This document shows, in pieces, positions 27,063 to 41,696 of a DNA stretch of 64,000 bases. Numbering within the stretch: the stretch's first letter is position 1; every line of letters starts with the position of its first letter. The DNA is from Octopus vulgaris (taxonomy: Eukaryota): NCBI GenBank assembly GCA_951406725.2, contig OX597821.1, forward strand, positions 69,688,001 to 69,752,000. Direction: 5' to 3'. A program made the translations under genes and the position numbers. Under the pieces are notes generated by a model. That model ran no database searches, was not told the origin of the DNA, and was given only the letters and a program-made list of their open reading frames with translations.

Positions 27063-28790
27063 AGGCGACGTATGGCGTTGTATGGCGTGTGTATGGCGTC
27101 GTATGGCGTGTGTATGGCGTCGTATGGCGTGTGTATGGCGTCCAAGTCTCACTAAGTACACATGTCTGGTAAATCTTCATTTTTGTGGTCTTGGTCAGCT
27201 TATTGTTGTCCCATGTCCGTTTGGAGAGTTGGGCCATCACAGCAGCTGCCTTGCCAATGCGTATATTGGGCTCAGCATCAAGGGATAAGTTGTAGGTGAT
27301 GGTAGAGCCAAGATAGGTAAACTTCTCCACCTCCTGTAGTCTGTGGTCTCCAATATGTATGTTTGGGATGGTCGATGTAGCCTGACCCATGATGTTGGTC
27401 TTCTTGAGGCTGATAAATAAGCCAAAGTTGCCACATGCTTGCTCAAAACAGTTGATGAGCCTTTGTAGGGCTTCTGTGTGTGATACCAGAGCGGCATCAT
27501 CAGCAAATAGCATCTCCTTGATCAGGACGCTTCTGATTTTGGTCTTGGCACGCAGACGCGAGATATTGAACAGTTTCCCATCACTTCTACTGTGCAGAAA
27601 CACTCCATCATCTGATGTCTCAAAGGCATGTGACAGCAGCAGCGAGAAGAAGATGCCAAATAATGTAGAAGCAAGGACACAAACTTGCTTTACCCTGTTT
27701 TTTATTTGGAAGGCGGCTGATGTTGAACCATTGTGCTGTATGGTGCCTTGCATATCATCATGGAAAGATGTGATGATCCTCAGCAGCTTTGGTGGACATC
27801 CGATTTTTTGGAGCAGGATGAAGAGGCCTTTTCTACTTACCAAATCAAAGGCTTATGTCAGATCAATGAAGGCCATATATAATGGCATTTTCTGCTCTCT
27901 GGACTTCTCCTGAAGTTGGCGTATAGAGAATATCATGTCAATAGTTGATCTGCTTCTTCTAAAGCCAGACTGCGATTCTGGATAAATTCGAGAAGCAAGC
28001 AGTTGCAGCCTGGACAGGATAATGTGAGCCTTTCCAACAGTGCTTAGAAGAGATATTCCACGGTAATTGTTACAATCACCACGGTCACCTTTGTTTTTGT
28101 AAAGCGTAATGATGTTAGCATCCCGCAAATCCTGAGGGACTGTACCCTCTTCCCAGCACTGACACAGATGCTCATGAATGTGCCGAAGCAGGATGGTGTT
28201 TTTGCTGTTTTTGATGATGTCTAAGGGGATGCCGTCTTTTCCCGGAGCCTTGTTACTTGCTAGGGTGTCAATAACCTTGGTGAGCCCTGATATAGATGGC
28301 AGACTGTCAAGTTCACACATGACTGGCAAGATTTTGACACCCTCGATTGCAGCCTCACCTACCGTGGTCTCTCGTGAGTAGAGATCCTGGTAGTACTCCA
28401 CCCATCTATCCATTTGCTTGCTTTGGTCCTTGATGAGATCCCCAGTAGTTGATTTCAGATGGGCTGACTTAGTTGCGGATGGACCGAGAGCCTTCTTCAA
28501 ACCGGCATACATCCCACGGGTGTCGCCACTGTCAGCAGCTGACTGGATATTCTGCCAATACCTATTTGCACAGCGTCTGGCAGTCAGTTGGGTTTTATTT
28601 CTTGCCTTTCTGAGTTCTTCGAGTGACTTTATAGAAGAATCACTCTTGTATTACATCAGAGCTGCACGCTTTGTTTCGATAACTGTTTCCAGCTGTGAGA
28701 GCCCAGCACTGAACAAAATCTGGGTTTTGCCTTTTTCTCATGCCGAAAGTATCTATTGATGTGGTATACAAAGCTTCCCTGATACAGGTT
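27063..28790 (-). mobile_element. RTE (BovB-like) LINE reverse transcriptase remnant
   Basis: NYRGISLLS, PESQSGFR, AFIDLT*AFD, MLFADD, FTYLGS. Confidence 0.95.
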
Positions 28791-28871
28791 AGGAAAAAAA
28801 ATTTAATCGCCTCTTTCAATTTAGGTTTTTATTTTTCATGTTTATATTCGTATTTCAATGTTATGTTTATA

Positions 28872-29419
28872 TTGGGTTGTCCGGAAAGTTCGTTCCGATT
28901 TTTAAAGAAAAGTAAAGGTCACTAAATACTTGCCATTACATTTTTAATGAACCAAATCTGAACCATTTCGTTTCACAATATGTCTCCATCTTTCCTTTAC
29001 CTTGAAAATTGGGGTGGTTTCAAGGCAAAGAATTCGTCAAGGTATCTTTTTACGTCATCTAAGGAATTGAAATTTTTACCATTAAGACTTTTCTGCAGAG
29101 ACCTGAATAAGTGGAAATCCGAGGGAGCAATATCTGGGGAATAGGGAAGGTGGGGTAACACATCCCAGCCGAGCTGCAGCAATTTTGTCTGGTTCCCAAA
29201 GCATCAAGTGCTGAAAATGAACTTTCTCATCTTTTATTTTAAAGGGTTACAGAATTAACACAGGTTATAGGAACATAAACCTTCTTCCACAAAAAGATAG
29301 CTTAAACTGTGCTCTAAATGGAGGTGTAGTCAAATCCTATTTTATGGACTCAAACATGTTCTAAAATAAGTCGAAAGATAAGCTACTATAAATCGGCACG
29401 AACTTTCCGGACAACCCAA
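28872..29419 (-). mobile_element. Internally deleted mariner with both TIRs
   Basis: TA-ttgggttgtccggaaagttcgt..acgaactttccggacaacccaa-TA; PYSPDIAPSDFHLFRSLQ. Confidence 0.93.
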
Positions 29420-29666
29420 TATTTCTATATTTTTATCATGAAACTCTTAACATAAATATGTGTATATTCGTATGGAATAATATCTCATGTGCTACATCTG
29501 AATTTCCTTGTCTGAATGTTTTAAGACAAATATCCGAAACTTTTATCGTATACTACATTTTATTAATACTTAGCTCATATACGGAGACAAAAATGTTGTA
29601 CTATATACTGCAGGTTATCTCCATTAAAATTCTCGTATTATATACATTATATATATATAATATACA

Positions 29667-30383
29667 CACTGGCGAAAATAAATTTAAGACCGATGATAAA
29701 AGTTCTATTTTTACAAAATATTCTGTTACTAGTCCTTTGCCGATCTTTATATTGACCAGTCTCCGAGTATAACTTCCACGGAAGCCGGTTTATTGCACTT
29801 TAGTTGCTTGCTGATGTTCGAAAAAGAAACTTTTTGCTGTAATATACGAATTTTGCTCTCGTACTGGACTAAGGCTACGTTGTTTTCCCATTATTAATAA
29901 ATTGTATAATAACATTAAATTATAACTTTATATGGTGCATTTAGCCTCGTTGTGTGACCACCCATTTTGGCCCAAAAAATTGCATACATATTACATGGTC
30001 TTAAACTAATATTGCAAGTAAATTGGAAACGTTTATATTACGTTCTGAGTTCAAATTCCGCCGAGGTCGACTTTGCCTTTCATCCTTTCGGGGTCGATAA
30101 ATTAAGTACCAGTTACGCACTGGGGTCGATGTAATCGACTTAATCCGTTTGTCTGTCTTTGCTTGTCCCCTCTATGTTTAGCCCCTTGTGGTCAGTAAAG
30201 AAATATAAATTAATTTAGCATTAGAATTCTTCAAGTTGTATAAAAATTGTATGCATCATTCGAAAGAGAAATAAATTTTGCATAAGGTGTAAAAGATATA
30301 AATAATTTGTATGGTGTTAGTAACAAAATATTTTGTAAGAAATAGAACTTTTATCGTCGGTCTTAAATATATTTTCGCCGGTG
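29667..30383. mobile_element. Non-autonomous TIR element (Tc1-like MITE)
   Basis: ~65-bp imperfect TIRs cactggcgaaaataaatttaagaccgatgataaaagttctattt; TA context. Confidence 0.8.
30039..30205 (+). mobile_element. SINE family 1, 5'-truncated, nested in the MITE
   Basis: Reverse complement of 376-540. Confidence 0.9.
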
Positions 30384-30390
30384 TATATAT

Positions 30391-30930
30391 CTCAGGTCAT
30401 CCCATAAGTTCTGTCCGAATTTTGGATAAAGAATCCGAGTGATCAAATGTTATATTTAATTGAAAGTTAATCATCAATGTACTTTCCCTGATTATCTATG
30501 ACTTACTTCCATCTATTTACAAGCTTTTTAATCCCATCAATGTAAAACTCTTTTGGTTTCAAAGCGAAGAACTCTGAAATTTCAGGTTCGACCTCCTCCT
30601 GGCTTGCGAAAGTTGTCTCCCCGTAATAATTCTGTAAACTATGAAACAAATGGTATCCTGAAGGAGTAAGGTCGGGAGAATAGGTTGGATAAAGACATTT
30701 TTCCAAACCAACCTCTTCGATCTTCTGTGATGTGATCTTTGCAGTGTGGGGTTGCGCATTGTCCTGATGAAACATCACTCGTTTTCGACTCACTAAAGCG
30801 GCTCTTTTTTCCTTCAAAGCTTGGTTCAAACGCTCTAATTGCTGATTGTTGCATTAGGTGGTAATATAAAGTGAATTACGCCTTTGCAATCGCACCAGAT
30901 AGAGTAGAACCTTTTTCCCATTGGAATTGA
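30391..30930 (-). mobile_element. mariner 3' fragment (same family as 24306-25287)
   Basis: Same TIR; FHQDNAQPH..YSPDLTPSGYHLF..GIKKLVNRW. Confidence 0.92.
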
Positions 30931-31319
30931 TCTTCGCTGAGAGCCAAAGCAGGATATGAGCATGTGGAAGGCCCCTTTTTTGCTACTCGATTGTGTACAT
31001 GTCACATTGTATGGGCCCAAAGACTTGCCCTTTTTGTATGAGTTATTAGTTGTAGTGGTAGAGTGTTTATGCCGAATATGTACGTATGCATATATATATA
31101 TGTATGTATGCCTGTATATATGTACAAAATCCACCGAGAAGGCTTTTGTTGGTCTGAGGCTACAGCAGAAGACACATGCCAAGTCACCACACAGTGGGAC
31201 TGAACCCTGGACCATGTGTTTGGAACGTTGTTTGTTACCACACAGCCACACCTGCCCCTATGTATGTGTGTGTCTGTGTGTGTGTGCGTATGTGTGTATG
31301 GGTAGATATATTATACATG

Positions 31320-32306
31320 TATATATGTGTATATATATGTGTACATATTACATGTACAGCTATATATATACATCTACACATAAAATACAAAATACAAAGT
31401 TATATCTTGATATCGCTAGTGATAACAATACTCAAAATATATAACAGACTGGAATTGTAGGCCCGTCTCTTGCAATTTCGATCAATTGGATCTTGTCCTC
31501 CCTCTTGTATAGAAGTGTACGGCTGCAGCGAAATTCATTTTTGGACTTTCTTCTATTGAAGGCATTTTAACAAAACTGCTTCCGTAAAGTCGGTGAAAAT
31601 ATTGTCAATTTCCCCAAACAGGGACACAATTCAATTTTTAAACAATAACTAAAGCCCCTTCTCCGAAAGGGGAGGGTTACGGTTTACAATTAAACAAATG
31701 CAACACAACAACGTTTCCCTGACGAGGAACCAACAAACGTGATTACAATAGTCAAACAGAAATAATAATAACAATAAACCTTTTTAACTTATCCCCATTT
31801 ATGTGAAACCACTTATTCAAGTTCAATTCACTGATGCAATTTTATACGAATTGCTAATACAGACACACATAATAAGGGTGAAAAATAGAATATTAATTTG
31901 ATTAATATGAATTGAAAACCAGTGGTGTAGCATATAAAACCATAGCGGATCTTCTAGCAAAATGGATGACCACTGTTAATGGTTCATCCCTGTTATATAA
32001 TACTTTCACTTTAATAGTTTCAGTATTAAAGTGAATGTCTGCATTACAATAGAGAGATGTTTTTGTTTCACTTTTAACACGCAATACTGAAATAGTGGAG
32101 AAGATATAATATTGCTGTGGGATCGCTCTAGGGAAAAAGTTAAAATTTTTTTGCCGATGACACTCCCCGGACCTTAAGTAAGGCATGTGTAAAATTTGAA
32201 TGAAATTGGTTGTGTGGTTCTCAAGTTTTAGGGAAACACACAGACAGACAGACAGACAGACATACAGACAGACAGACACACATTCTCAGTTTTATATATA
32301 TATAGA
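31320..32306 (-). mobile_element. Non-autonomous Helitron-like element, internally deleted
   Basis: Minus 5' end A|TCTATATATATATAAAACTGAGAATGTG followed by (TGTC)n; homologous to 42615-44240. Confidence 0.75.
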
Positions 32307-32807
32307 TTATATATTATATATATATTATGTTTTATATATATTATATATATATATATGTATGTATGTATGTAAGTATGTATGTATGTATATTTATATATAT
32401 ACACATATATAATCTCATTCACCCGAAGCCAAAATTGACCAAAAGATAAAAGCACCTCTCTAACTTTTGCACCATTTGTTATCAGGTAGCCATTGAAGGG
32501 TCTGAAGGCAAGGAGACCGGAAGGGGTTTCATTACAATTGCAGATGACTTCCGTCCGACACTGCAATACCCTTCCAGCCAAACAGAAGCGGAAAGCAACA
32601 CACATTGTCTCATAGAGAAACGGAAATGTTGAAGTTTCTACTCTTAGACACGATCACTTCAAGTGTAAAACCCTTTTCTGCCTTCAATTTCTCCCTTTAC
32701 GCTACAACTGTTGTTGCTGTTGTTGTCGTTACTGCCGCCGCGCTGTTTTATTCTTTGTTGTTTCGTCACAATTTGTTTGTTGAGTATGCGTTGTAGTTAT
32801 TCTTCTT

Positions 32808-32851
<44 letters not shown>

Positions 32852-32876
32852 GCTGGTGCTGCTGCTGCTGCTGCTG

Positions 32877-32963
<87 letters not shown>

Positions 32964-33059
32964 CATCCTTATCTTCCTTCTTTTTCTTCCTTCTTTCTCC
33001 TTTTTCTCCTCCTCCTCCTTATTCTACTGCTGCTGCTGCTCATAATGATGGTAGTGGCG

Positions 33060-34315
33060 GTGGTCATATATCTCGACTTTGCAAAGGCCTTTGATAAAGT
33101 CAATCATGGAATGATATGTCACAAACTGCGTGATCTTGGCATAGTTGGAAAATTGGGAGAATGGCTTCATGACTTTCTGAAGGATAGAAGTCAGGTGGTA
33201 GTAGCCAATGGGGATAGTTCCAATAACACGCAAATAGTGAGCGGTGTTTTGGGACCACTGCTGTTCATAATGGCCCTCTCAAACATGCCCTCAGCCACGC
33301 AGACAGCCACGATCAAAAGTTATGCAGATTATACAAAAGTTTCACAGGTAATACAGAACCCTGAAGACACTATGCATCTGCAATGTTAGCTGGACAAAAT
33401 TTACCAGTGGACTGAAAAGAATAGCATGCAGTTCAATGCTGAAAAGTTTCAAGCTTTATGCTCTCAGCATGCAAAACTAAATGCAATACCCAATAAATAC
33501 ACTGGACCTGAAGGGATTGCAATCCCAGAGGCACAATCAGTACGAAACCTGGGTATTTGCATCAGTAATGATGTAACCTTTCATGTGCATGTTGCTAAAT
33601 TGGCAATGAAATGTAGGCGGCTGACCGGATGGATTCTTAGAGCCTTTAGAACAAGAGACCAGGAAACCATGATGGTCCTCTGGAAGACACTTGTCCTAAG
33701 CCACTTTGACTATTGCTCTCAGCTATGGTCACCAACCAGTGTCAAATTAATCACAGAACTTGAGGCGATCCAACGAAGCTACACGAAGATAGCCTCTGTG
33801 CAGCATATAAGCTATTAGCAAAGACTCAAGAGATTAAGACTCTATTCCTTAGAGCGTAGGCGAGAAAGATATGCCATAATATACATCTGGAAGATCCTGG
33901 AAGGACTTGTCCCAAACTTTGGCATCGAGAGTAACACAAATACTAGAACTGGGCGCCACTGCATAGTGCCAAGGACTCCAAATTTGCCATCAAGATGTAG
34001 GACAAGATACTGTGATAGCCTGGGCTTCAGAGGTCCATAGCTCTTCAATGTCCTCCCGAAGAACCTGAGAGACCTGCATGGGGTGGATGCAGATGTCTTT
34101 AAAATAAAACTGGATCACTTCCCGTCAGGTGTCCCAGATGAACCAACTTCACGGCAGGAGGTGCAGATGAGGGCAACTGCATCAAACTCACTCATACACC
34201 AAATGTCAATTGCTAAAAAGCATTCGTGAAGTAAAATCATGTAGCAACACCGAATGGCGGTGCCCCAGCACGGCCACAGCTCATGAGCTGAAACTAGATA
34301 AGAAGAAGAAGAATA
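33060..34315 (+). mobile_element. CR1/L2-type LINE, 5'-truncated
   Basis: VIYLDFAKAFDKVNHG, LGPLLF, YADYTK, MQFNAEKFQ, DYCSQLWSP; 3' end ggcggtgccccagc..(aag)n. Confidence 0.95.
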
Positions 34316-34885
34316 CAAAAACAGATTCCCTCAGATGCGCCACCACAGCAGAACGTGCGTGAAAATGAACGAAAAATGCAAACCTGTGAGTAAAATTTAA
34401 AATTTAAAAAAAGTAATTACATCCATATTTATACAAGACATTTACATATAAGCACATTGCTGTTTCTTCTCGGTCTCTCGCTTACACATCAATAATAATA
34501 ATAATAATGATAATAAATAGGAAAGAAATATCAGCACATGTCCATGGGCAGCGTTCTACCAAAAAGTAAACGCTGTAAAGATGGACCCAGAACAAAACCA
34601 ACTCCTCCCAAACAAGAACAATTGACAGATTTCTATAAACACTGTGAAATGGCTGATTTATAATTTACACACTATGCAACTTCCCCCCAAAACCATACAA
34701 GAATAGTCTCATACAGTAAATGCCCAAAAAAATAAGCAAAACCCACATGTGCCATAGAAAGCTTTCTTGTTAATAACTTCTACACCAACGGTAACCAAGT
34801 GATTGATCTATAGTTGCTAGCTGTATTAACCTTGCATTTATCGTTCATGATGATGATAATGATAATAATAATAATAATAATAATG

Positions 34886-34991
<106 letters not shown>

Positions 34992-35002
34992 TAATAATAA
35001 TA

Positions 35003-35561
35003 AATGCCCTGATGCAGTACCAGGCAGTGGCTCTCATGGCTTCTGATCTTAACTGATTGGAAGTGTTATCATGTACATTGTTTTGACTTGGTATAAAAGA
35101 TGTGCTACAGCAAATATTCTGCTCAATACCACAGATTTGCTTGTCAGTTGTTTGACCTTAACCAGTTGAGCATGTCCCTTAGTGGCTGACGATATGTGCA
35201 TCTCTGATCACGAGCAGAAGTAGTGGGGGAGCATCATAGCCATGTGTTGAGAGGGATTGTTTGGGGTTTGAATAATTCACCTCTGGAAACATGGGTGTTT
35301 CGTTCAACATCCTTAAACAACCCTTATTCAGGGACCTTTCGAGTGGGATGGGTTACTCGACCTGAAGAAAATTCTAACTGGGCCCCACCTGCAAGGTCAT
35401 GTGCTGTTTATTTTGATATGAGATCACCATGTCACGCACATATGGTTGTGATGCATGTGCTTAGTGTACCCTTATCAGACGGGTAGTCATGATGGGTATA
35501 CTGGGCTTCGAATATATTTTACCCCAACGTCACTTTGATGACATGCACTGCTATCTCACTC
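35003..35561. mobile_element. ~560-bp non-coding element inserted in (AAT)n
   Basis: Complex sequence sharply bounded by (AAT)n at 34850-35002 and 35562-35616; no tRNA head, TIR or ORF. Confidence 0.6.
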
Positions 35562-35617
<56 letters not shown>

Positions 35618-35941
35618 GCAATATTCAGTTGGGCCATGATGGTAACCATGAAGAGAATCACCATGAACAACAACAGCAACAACGACTATTACTTCGGAGT
35701 TTAGTGTTATGTAATGTTCCACGAAAGTCTCAGTAGCTGCAGTATGTCAGAACTATTTCTTGGTGGCATAGAAATATGTGGATTTTTGTTGTTAGCAGTG
35801 GGAGTTCTGTGTAGTTAACGAGTGTTTTCCTTTTTGTTTGTCATACTGTATTTCAATACCTAAAAGGAATAGAGCCACTCACACAGCGAACCTAATTTAA
35901 TATACAACACCTCAAATCCACACTACCACTTCTTCGAAGAA

Positions 35942-36048
<107 letters not shown>

Positions 36049-36139
36049 AGCAACAAATAAAACGATAGATTAGTGACTGCAATTAAGGACCATTCAAATC
36101 ATTGTAATGTATAGGGGTATGGATATACAAACCGTACAT

Positions 36140-36213
36140 GCAAGCGCTAACATGTTTATGTGTGTACAAACACGCCCGCATGCATACATGCATATATACA
36201 TACACACATACAA

Positions 36214-36248
<35 letters not shown>

Positions 36249-36312
36249 AATATATATATAGATAGATATACAAATGTATATGTATGTATGTATATATATA
36301 TATGTGTGTATG

Positions 36313-36360
<48 letters not shown>

Positions 36361-36551
36361 CATACACATACATGCCATACGTACGTATGTACACACACAC
36401 ATATAGACAGAGAGAGTGTATTACAAATACATTCTCTCTAAATATTATCTATCTTTATATGTATGTATATATGTGCGAGTAGATATGGAAGTACCTATGC
36501 AGACAAACGCACAAATACATACACACACAGACTCTCTCTCTCTCTCTTTCT

Positions 36552-36607
<56 letters not shown>

Positions 36608-37046
36608 CACACACGCGCGCGCGCACAAACACACACACACACATAAACATACATATACATACACCGGCAGGTACACTCGGACAAACATCAACACACGTAC
36701 ACAGATAAATGAAACTAAGAAAAGAATCCTGCTGGCGGCAAGTTAGTCACATGATTTCCATTTATTTATAAACATTGATGAGACGCCTTTATTTTGGGGC
36801 GCTTTATATTATTTTTATATCAGTTTTCTTGTTAGAATTCCTTTACATATTCTTCTAGTTTCTAGCAAAGTCAGTCTCGCTAAGTTTTACTGTTAAACTC
36901 TCTATTGTGATCAACTGAAAGATGCCACAATTTTGGCGATTTACAGGAAATATTTAGACAGATTATTGTGCGTTTCCCTCGTTTGCCCACACCTTATTCA
37001 TAGTTTTGGTTTAATATATTTGATATATTTGGCTTATAAATACGCA

Positions 37047-37118
<72 letters not shown>

Positions 37119-37425
37119 CACATACACACATGCACATACACGCATACATATTTATGTACTTGCATATTCACATACATTCTCCACTTTGATTTTCGGTCTT
37201 TGTAATCTGTGTAAGTTTGCTCTGTCAATGGAGAAATATATTCGTACTTGAAGATTCATCGTCTGAAAATTTTCAGTCTTTGTTTTGTCTCTATTTACAC
37301 GAATACATATATATCTATGTATGTATGCATGTATGTATGTATCTATGCATGTATGTATGTATTTATGTATGTATATATATGTATATATATATGTGTGTGT
37401 GTATATATATGTATATCTATATCTA

Positions 37426-37523
<98 letters not shown>

Positions 37524-37807
37524 TATATACACATATATATATCAAACCCAGGCAGTTTTAGTTGTTTATTTTCATCATTATCTCTATGCATGTATCTATC
37601 TATGTATGTGCGTATATGTATATATACATACATGCATTTATATATACATAGATGCATGTGTATGTGTGTGTGGGATGGGGATGTATGCCAGCATCTTAAG
37701 GGTTTTTTAGAAATTGAAAAGTAAATTAAAATGTAGCTTAAAATAATCGGACTTTAAATTGTAGATGACACGCCAAAGTAGCATATAGCGCGCGCGCGCG
37801 CGGGGGC

Positions 37808-37862
<55 letters not shown>

Positions 37863-37880
37863 TGTGTGTGTAAGCGCGTG
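36140..37880. repeat. Compound CA/TA/TG microsatellite blocks
   Basis: Directly visible, with short unique spacers. Confidence 0.9.
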
Positions 37881-38637
37881 GGTTAGATGCTACGGTGTTT
37901 CGCCCATGATCGTAAGCTTGTCGTCCTGGTTCCTCGACCAGACGATGCGTTGTGATATTAAGCAAGATACGTCATTTCACGTTGCCGCAGTCCACTCAGG
38001 TGGCAAAAATGATCATTCCTGTAGCGGGCCGGCTTCTTGACCTGCGGTGTGTATAGATGTCATAGAAGCCTAGAAACCAACCCTATTAGCCTATGGCTTG
38101 TGGGGGAAACTTTTGATCCTTTGTTTCTCTCATACACACATACACATGCATACGCGCGCGCGCATAAATACATTCGTATTAAGTTTTGTATAAATATTTC
38201 TTCCCCTCAGTCGATCTCATAACATTCGTGAGTTTGCTTCGGTCGTCATCATTACATCATTTAAATTCTTAAATTTTCCCTCCTTTTACTGCTTTTAGCT
38301 CATAAAGAGCAGGTGAAACGCGTTCGTTTTATTAAAATAAACTTACTACATTACGTTTACAGGCATCTTCTTGTGTAGTAGTACCTTCTCGAAATATCTT
38401 AAGCTTCTCAGAAATAGCAGCTCTGATACACTGTTCAATTGTAGCATACTCAAGACACAAAAACCACTGACAAGGATAATCGGTGGCTTGCTTTATTGAC
38501 AACCTATCTTCACGAGTATATTTGGTGATACAAATTTAGAGATCCTCAAAACCTATTCGCCAAATCTCAATTTGTGCATCAATGACTGTAATATTTCCCG
38601 TAAAAACCATTGTCTAGCTCTTATATAAAAGATGTAA

Positions 38638-38849
38638 GGCGGCGAGCTGGCAGAAACGTTAGCAGGCCGGGCGAAACGCTTAACAGTATTTCGTCTGTCT
38701 TTACGTTCTGAGTTCAAATTCCGCCGAGGTTGACTTTGTCATTCATCCTTTCGGCGTCGATAAATTATGCACCGGTTTCATACTGGGCTTGATCTAATCA
38801 ACTGGTCCCCTCCCCCAAAATATCGGGCCTTGTGCCTAGACCAGAAAAG
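38638..38849 (+). mobile_element. SINE family 1, alternative 3' tail
   Basis: GGCGGCGAGCTGGCAGAAACGTTAGC..GAGTTCAAATTCC; imperfect TSD cttatataaa(a/g)gat. Confidence 0.9.
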
Positions 38850-38885
38850 CTTATATAAAGGATATGCATGTTAAATGCAAATATA

Positions 38886-39103
38886 TTTCTTTACTACCCA
38901 CAAGGGGCTAAACACAGAGGGGACAAACAAGGACAGACAAACGGATTAAGTCGATTACATCAACCCCAGTGCGTAACTGGTACTTAATTTATCGACCCCG
39001 AAAGGATGAAAGGCAAAGTCGACCTCGGCGGAATTTGAACCCAGAACGTAACGGCAGACGAAATACGGCTACGCATTTCGCCCGGCGTGCTAACGTTTCT
39101 GCC
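38886..39103 (-). mobile_element. SINE family 1
   Basis: Matches 376-605. Confidence 0.92.
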
Positions 39104-39708
39104 CTAATATATCAAATATATGTGCGTTCTATATGTTGGTTATTTCACAGGATTTTGCATGATGGTATTGGACTCCATTGCCATCACTTCTGATCAATTT
39201 AGTTTCATTGTTTAAACCCCTTAACTGCGTATTAACCCTCTACACTACATGTGAAGTATCCCTGGGTGTCTACAAAAACAAGGTTTATTCTTATACACTA
39301 TTGACTTTATACACACGCACACAGGCACGCCATCAAGCACGTGCACACATACACACAAAGGCACACTCTCACTCTCTCTCTTTCTCTCTCTCTCACACAC
39401 ACATACATACATGTTTAACTTGATGTCACAAATTTGTTTCTCCATTAATTTGTAAACAATGCATAAATTTTTAATTAAAATTCTGTAGAGATATTTTTAC
39501 ATTTTCCATGGTGTACAAGTAAAATTATGTTGATAATTGAAGCTTCGGATCATTGTCCTCTCCTCAATTTTCTTTCTTTATCATTCTCATTAAAAAATAC
39601 ATATTTTTAAATGATATTTTGTAGGAATATGATTAGTTGACGTTCATGTTTGAAGCAGAAACCTGAAAGAAAAGTGAAAAGTTATAAAGTTATAGAAACT
39701 GATGGAAA

Positions 39709-40800
39709 CAAATTCTGAGATGGGAAATAATGATCCCAAACAACATCCGACAAATTCTGAGATGGGAAAAAATGATCCCAAACAACATCCTACAAATTCT
39801 GAGATGGGAAATAATGATCCCAAACAACATCCGACAAATTCTGAGATGGGAAATAATGATCCCAAACAACATCCGACAAATTCTGAGATGGGAAATAATG
39901 ATCCCAAACAACATCCGACAAATTCTGAGATGGGAAAAAATGATCCCAAACAACATCCGACAAATTCTGAGATGGGAAATAATGATCCCAAACAACATCC
40001 GACAAATTCTGAGATGGGAAAAAATTATCCCAAACAACATCCGACAAATTCTGAGATGGGAAATAATGATCCCAAACAACATCTGACAAATTCTGAGATG
40101 GGAAAAAATGATCCCAAACAACATCCGACAAATTCTGAGATGGGAAATAATGATCCCAAACAACATCCGACAAATTCTGAGATGGGAAATAATGATCCCA
40201 AACAACATCCGACAAATTCTGAGATGGGAAATAATGATCCCAAACAACATCCGACAAATTCTGAGATGGGAAAAAATGATCCCAAACAACATCCTACAAA
40301 TTCTGAGATGGGAAATAATGATCCCAAACAACATCCGACAAATTCTGAGATGGGAAATAATGATCCCAAACAACATCCGACAAATTCTGAGATGGGAAAT
40401 AATGATCCCAAACAACATCCGACAAATTCTGAGATGGGAAAAAATGATCCCAAACAACATCCGACAAATTCTGAGATGGGAAATAATGATCCCAAACAAC
40501 ATCCGACAAATTCTGAGATGGGAAAAAATTATCCCAAACAACATCCGACAAATTCTGAGATGGGAAATAATGATCCCAAACAACATCTGACAAATTCTGA
40601 GATGGGAAAAAATGATCCCAAACAACATCCGACAAATTCTGAGATGGGAAATAATGATCCCAAACAACATCCGACAAATTCTGAGATGGGAAAAAATTAT
40701 CCCAAACAACATCCGACAAATTCTGAGATGGGAAATAATGATCCCAAACAACATCCGACAAATTCTGAGATGGGAAAAAATTATCCCAAACAACATCCGA
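39709..40800. repeat. 42-bp minisatellite, 26 units
   Basis: caaattctgagatgggaaataatgatcccaaacaacatccga; variants recur with 12-unit period. Confidence 0.97.
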
Positions 40801-41253
40801 CGAATGATTTTCTTGAGTTTATGAACAGAACCGAAGTCTTTTCCATTGGAAACATCTCTGCAAAATATCATTTCAAAAAGAGATGTGAACTTTTCAGAAA
40901 GGTGTCAGAACCGAAATAAGAGATGACGTACGGAATCATTAAAAACCCCCACCACTACCACCACCTCTCTCTCTCTCTCACTCACTTTCTCTCTGTCTCT
41001 CTGTTTCTGTTTCTCTCTTCCTTTCTTTCTTTTTTCTCTCTCTCTCAAAATTAGTTGTGAGATGGAAATCATTGTTAGACCTCTTATCTTTCCCTCCCTC
41101 TCTCACTCTTTCCCAAAATAAGGTGTTTGGCATGAAACCCTCGTTAGGCCTCTCTCTTTCTCTCTCTCTATTTTTCTTTCTCTTTCGCTCTCTCTCTCTC
41201 TTTCTCTCTTTCTCTTTCTATCTCTCTTTCTAAATGATACATGTATTTGAGTG

Positions 41254-41289
<36 letters not shown>

Positions 41290-41617
41290 AAAGAGAGAGA
41301 GAGAGAGAAAGAGAAAGAGAGAGAGAGAGAGAGTAATCTTCAATGATATATATAATCAACGCTGGTAATAATTGTTTTAAATCGTTATTGTTTTTTTATT
41401 TTTTAAATAAAAACCGTCAAATAAAGTGTATATACCACTTTCAATAAAGTGTATACTAACTTTTATACATTTTCTTTTCCTGTAAATGAGTGCGTAGCAA
41501 TCTTGTATGTCCTGTCTCCCACCAGACACTCACTTTGTACTTCTTACATTAAATCTCTCTGTTTCTTTCACTTTTAGTCTTTCTTCCCCTTCTCTCTCTC
41601 TCTCTCTATATATACAT

Positions 41618-41696
<79 letters not shown>

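Noticed and set aside
32410-32700. Unique island as possible exon
   Set aside because: No convincing splice pair or recognisable peptide
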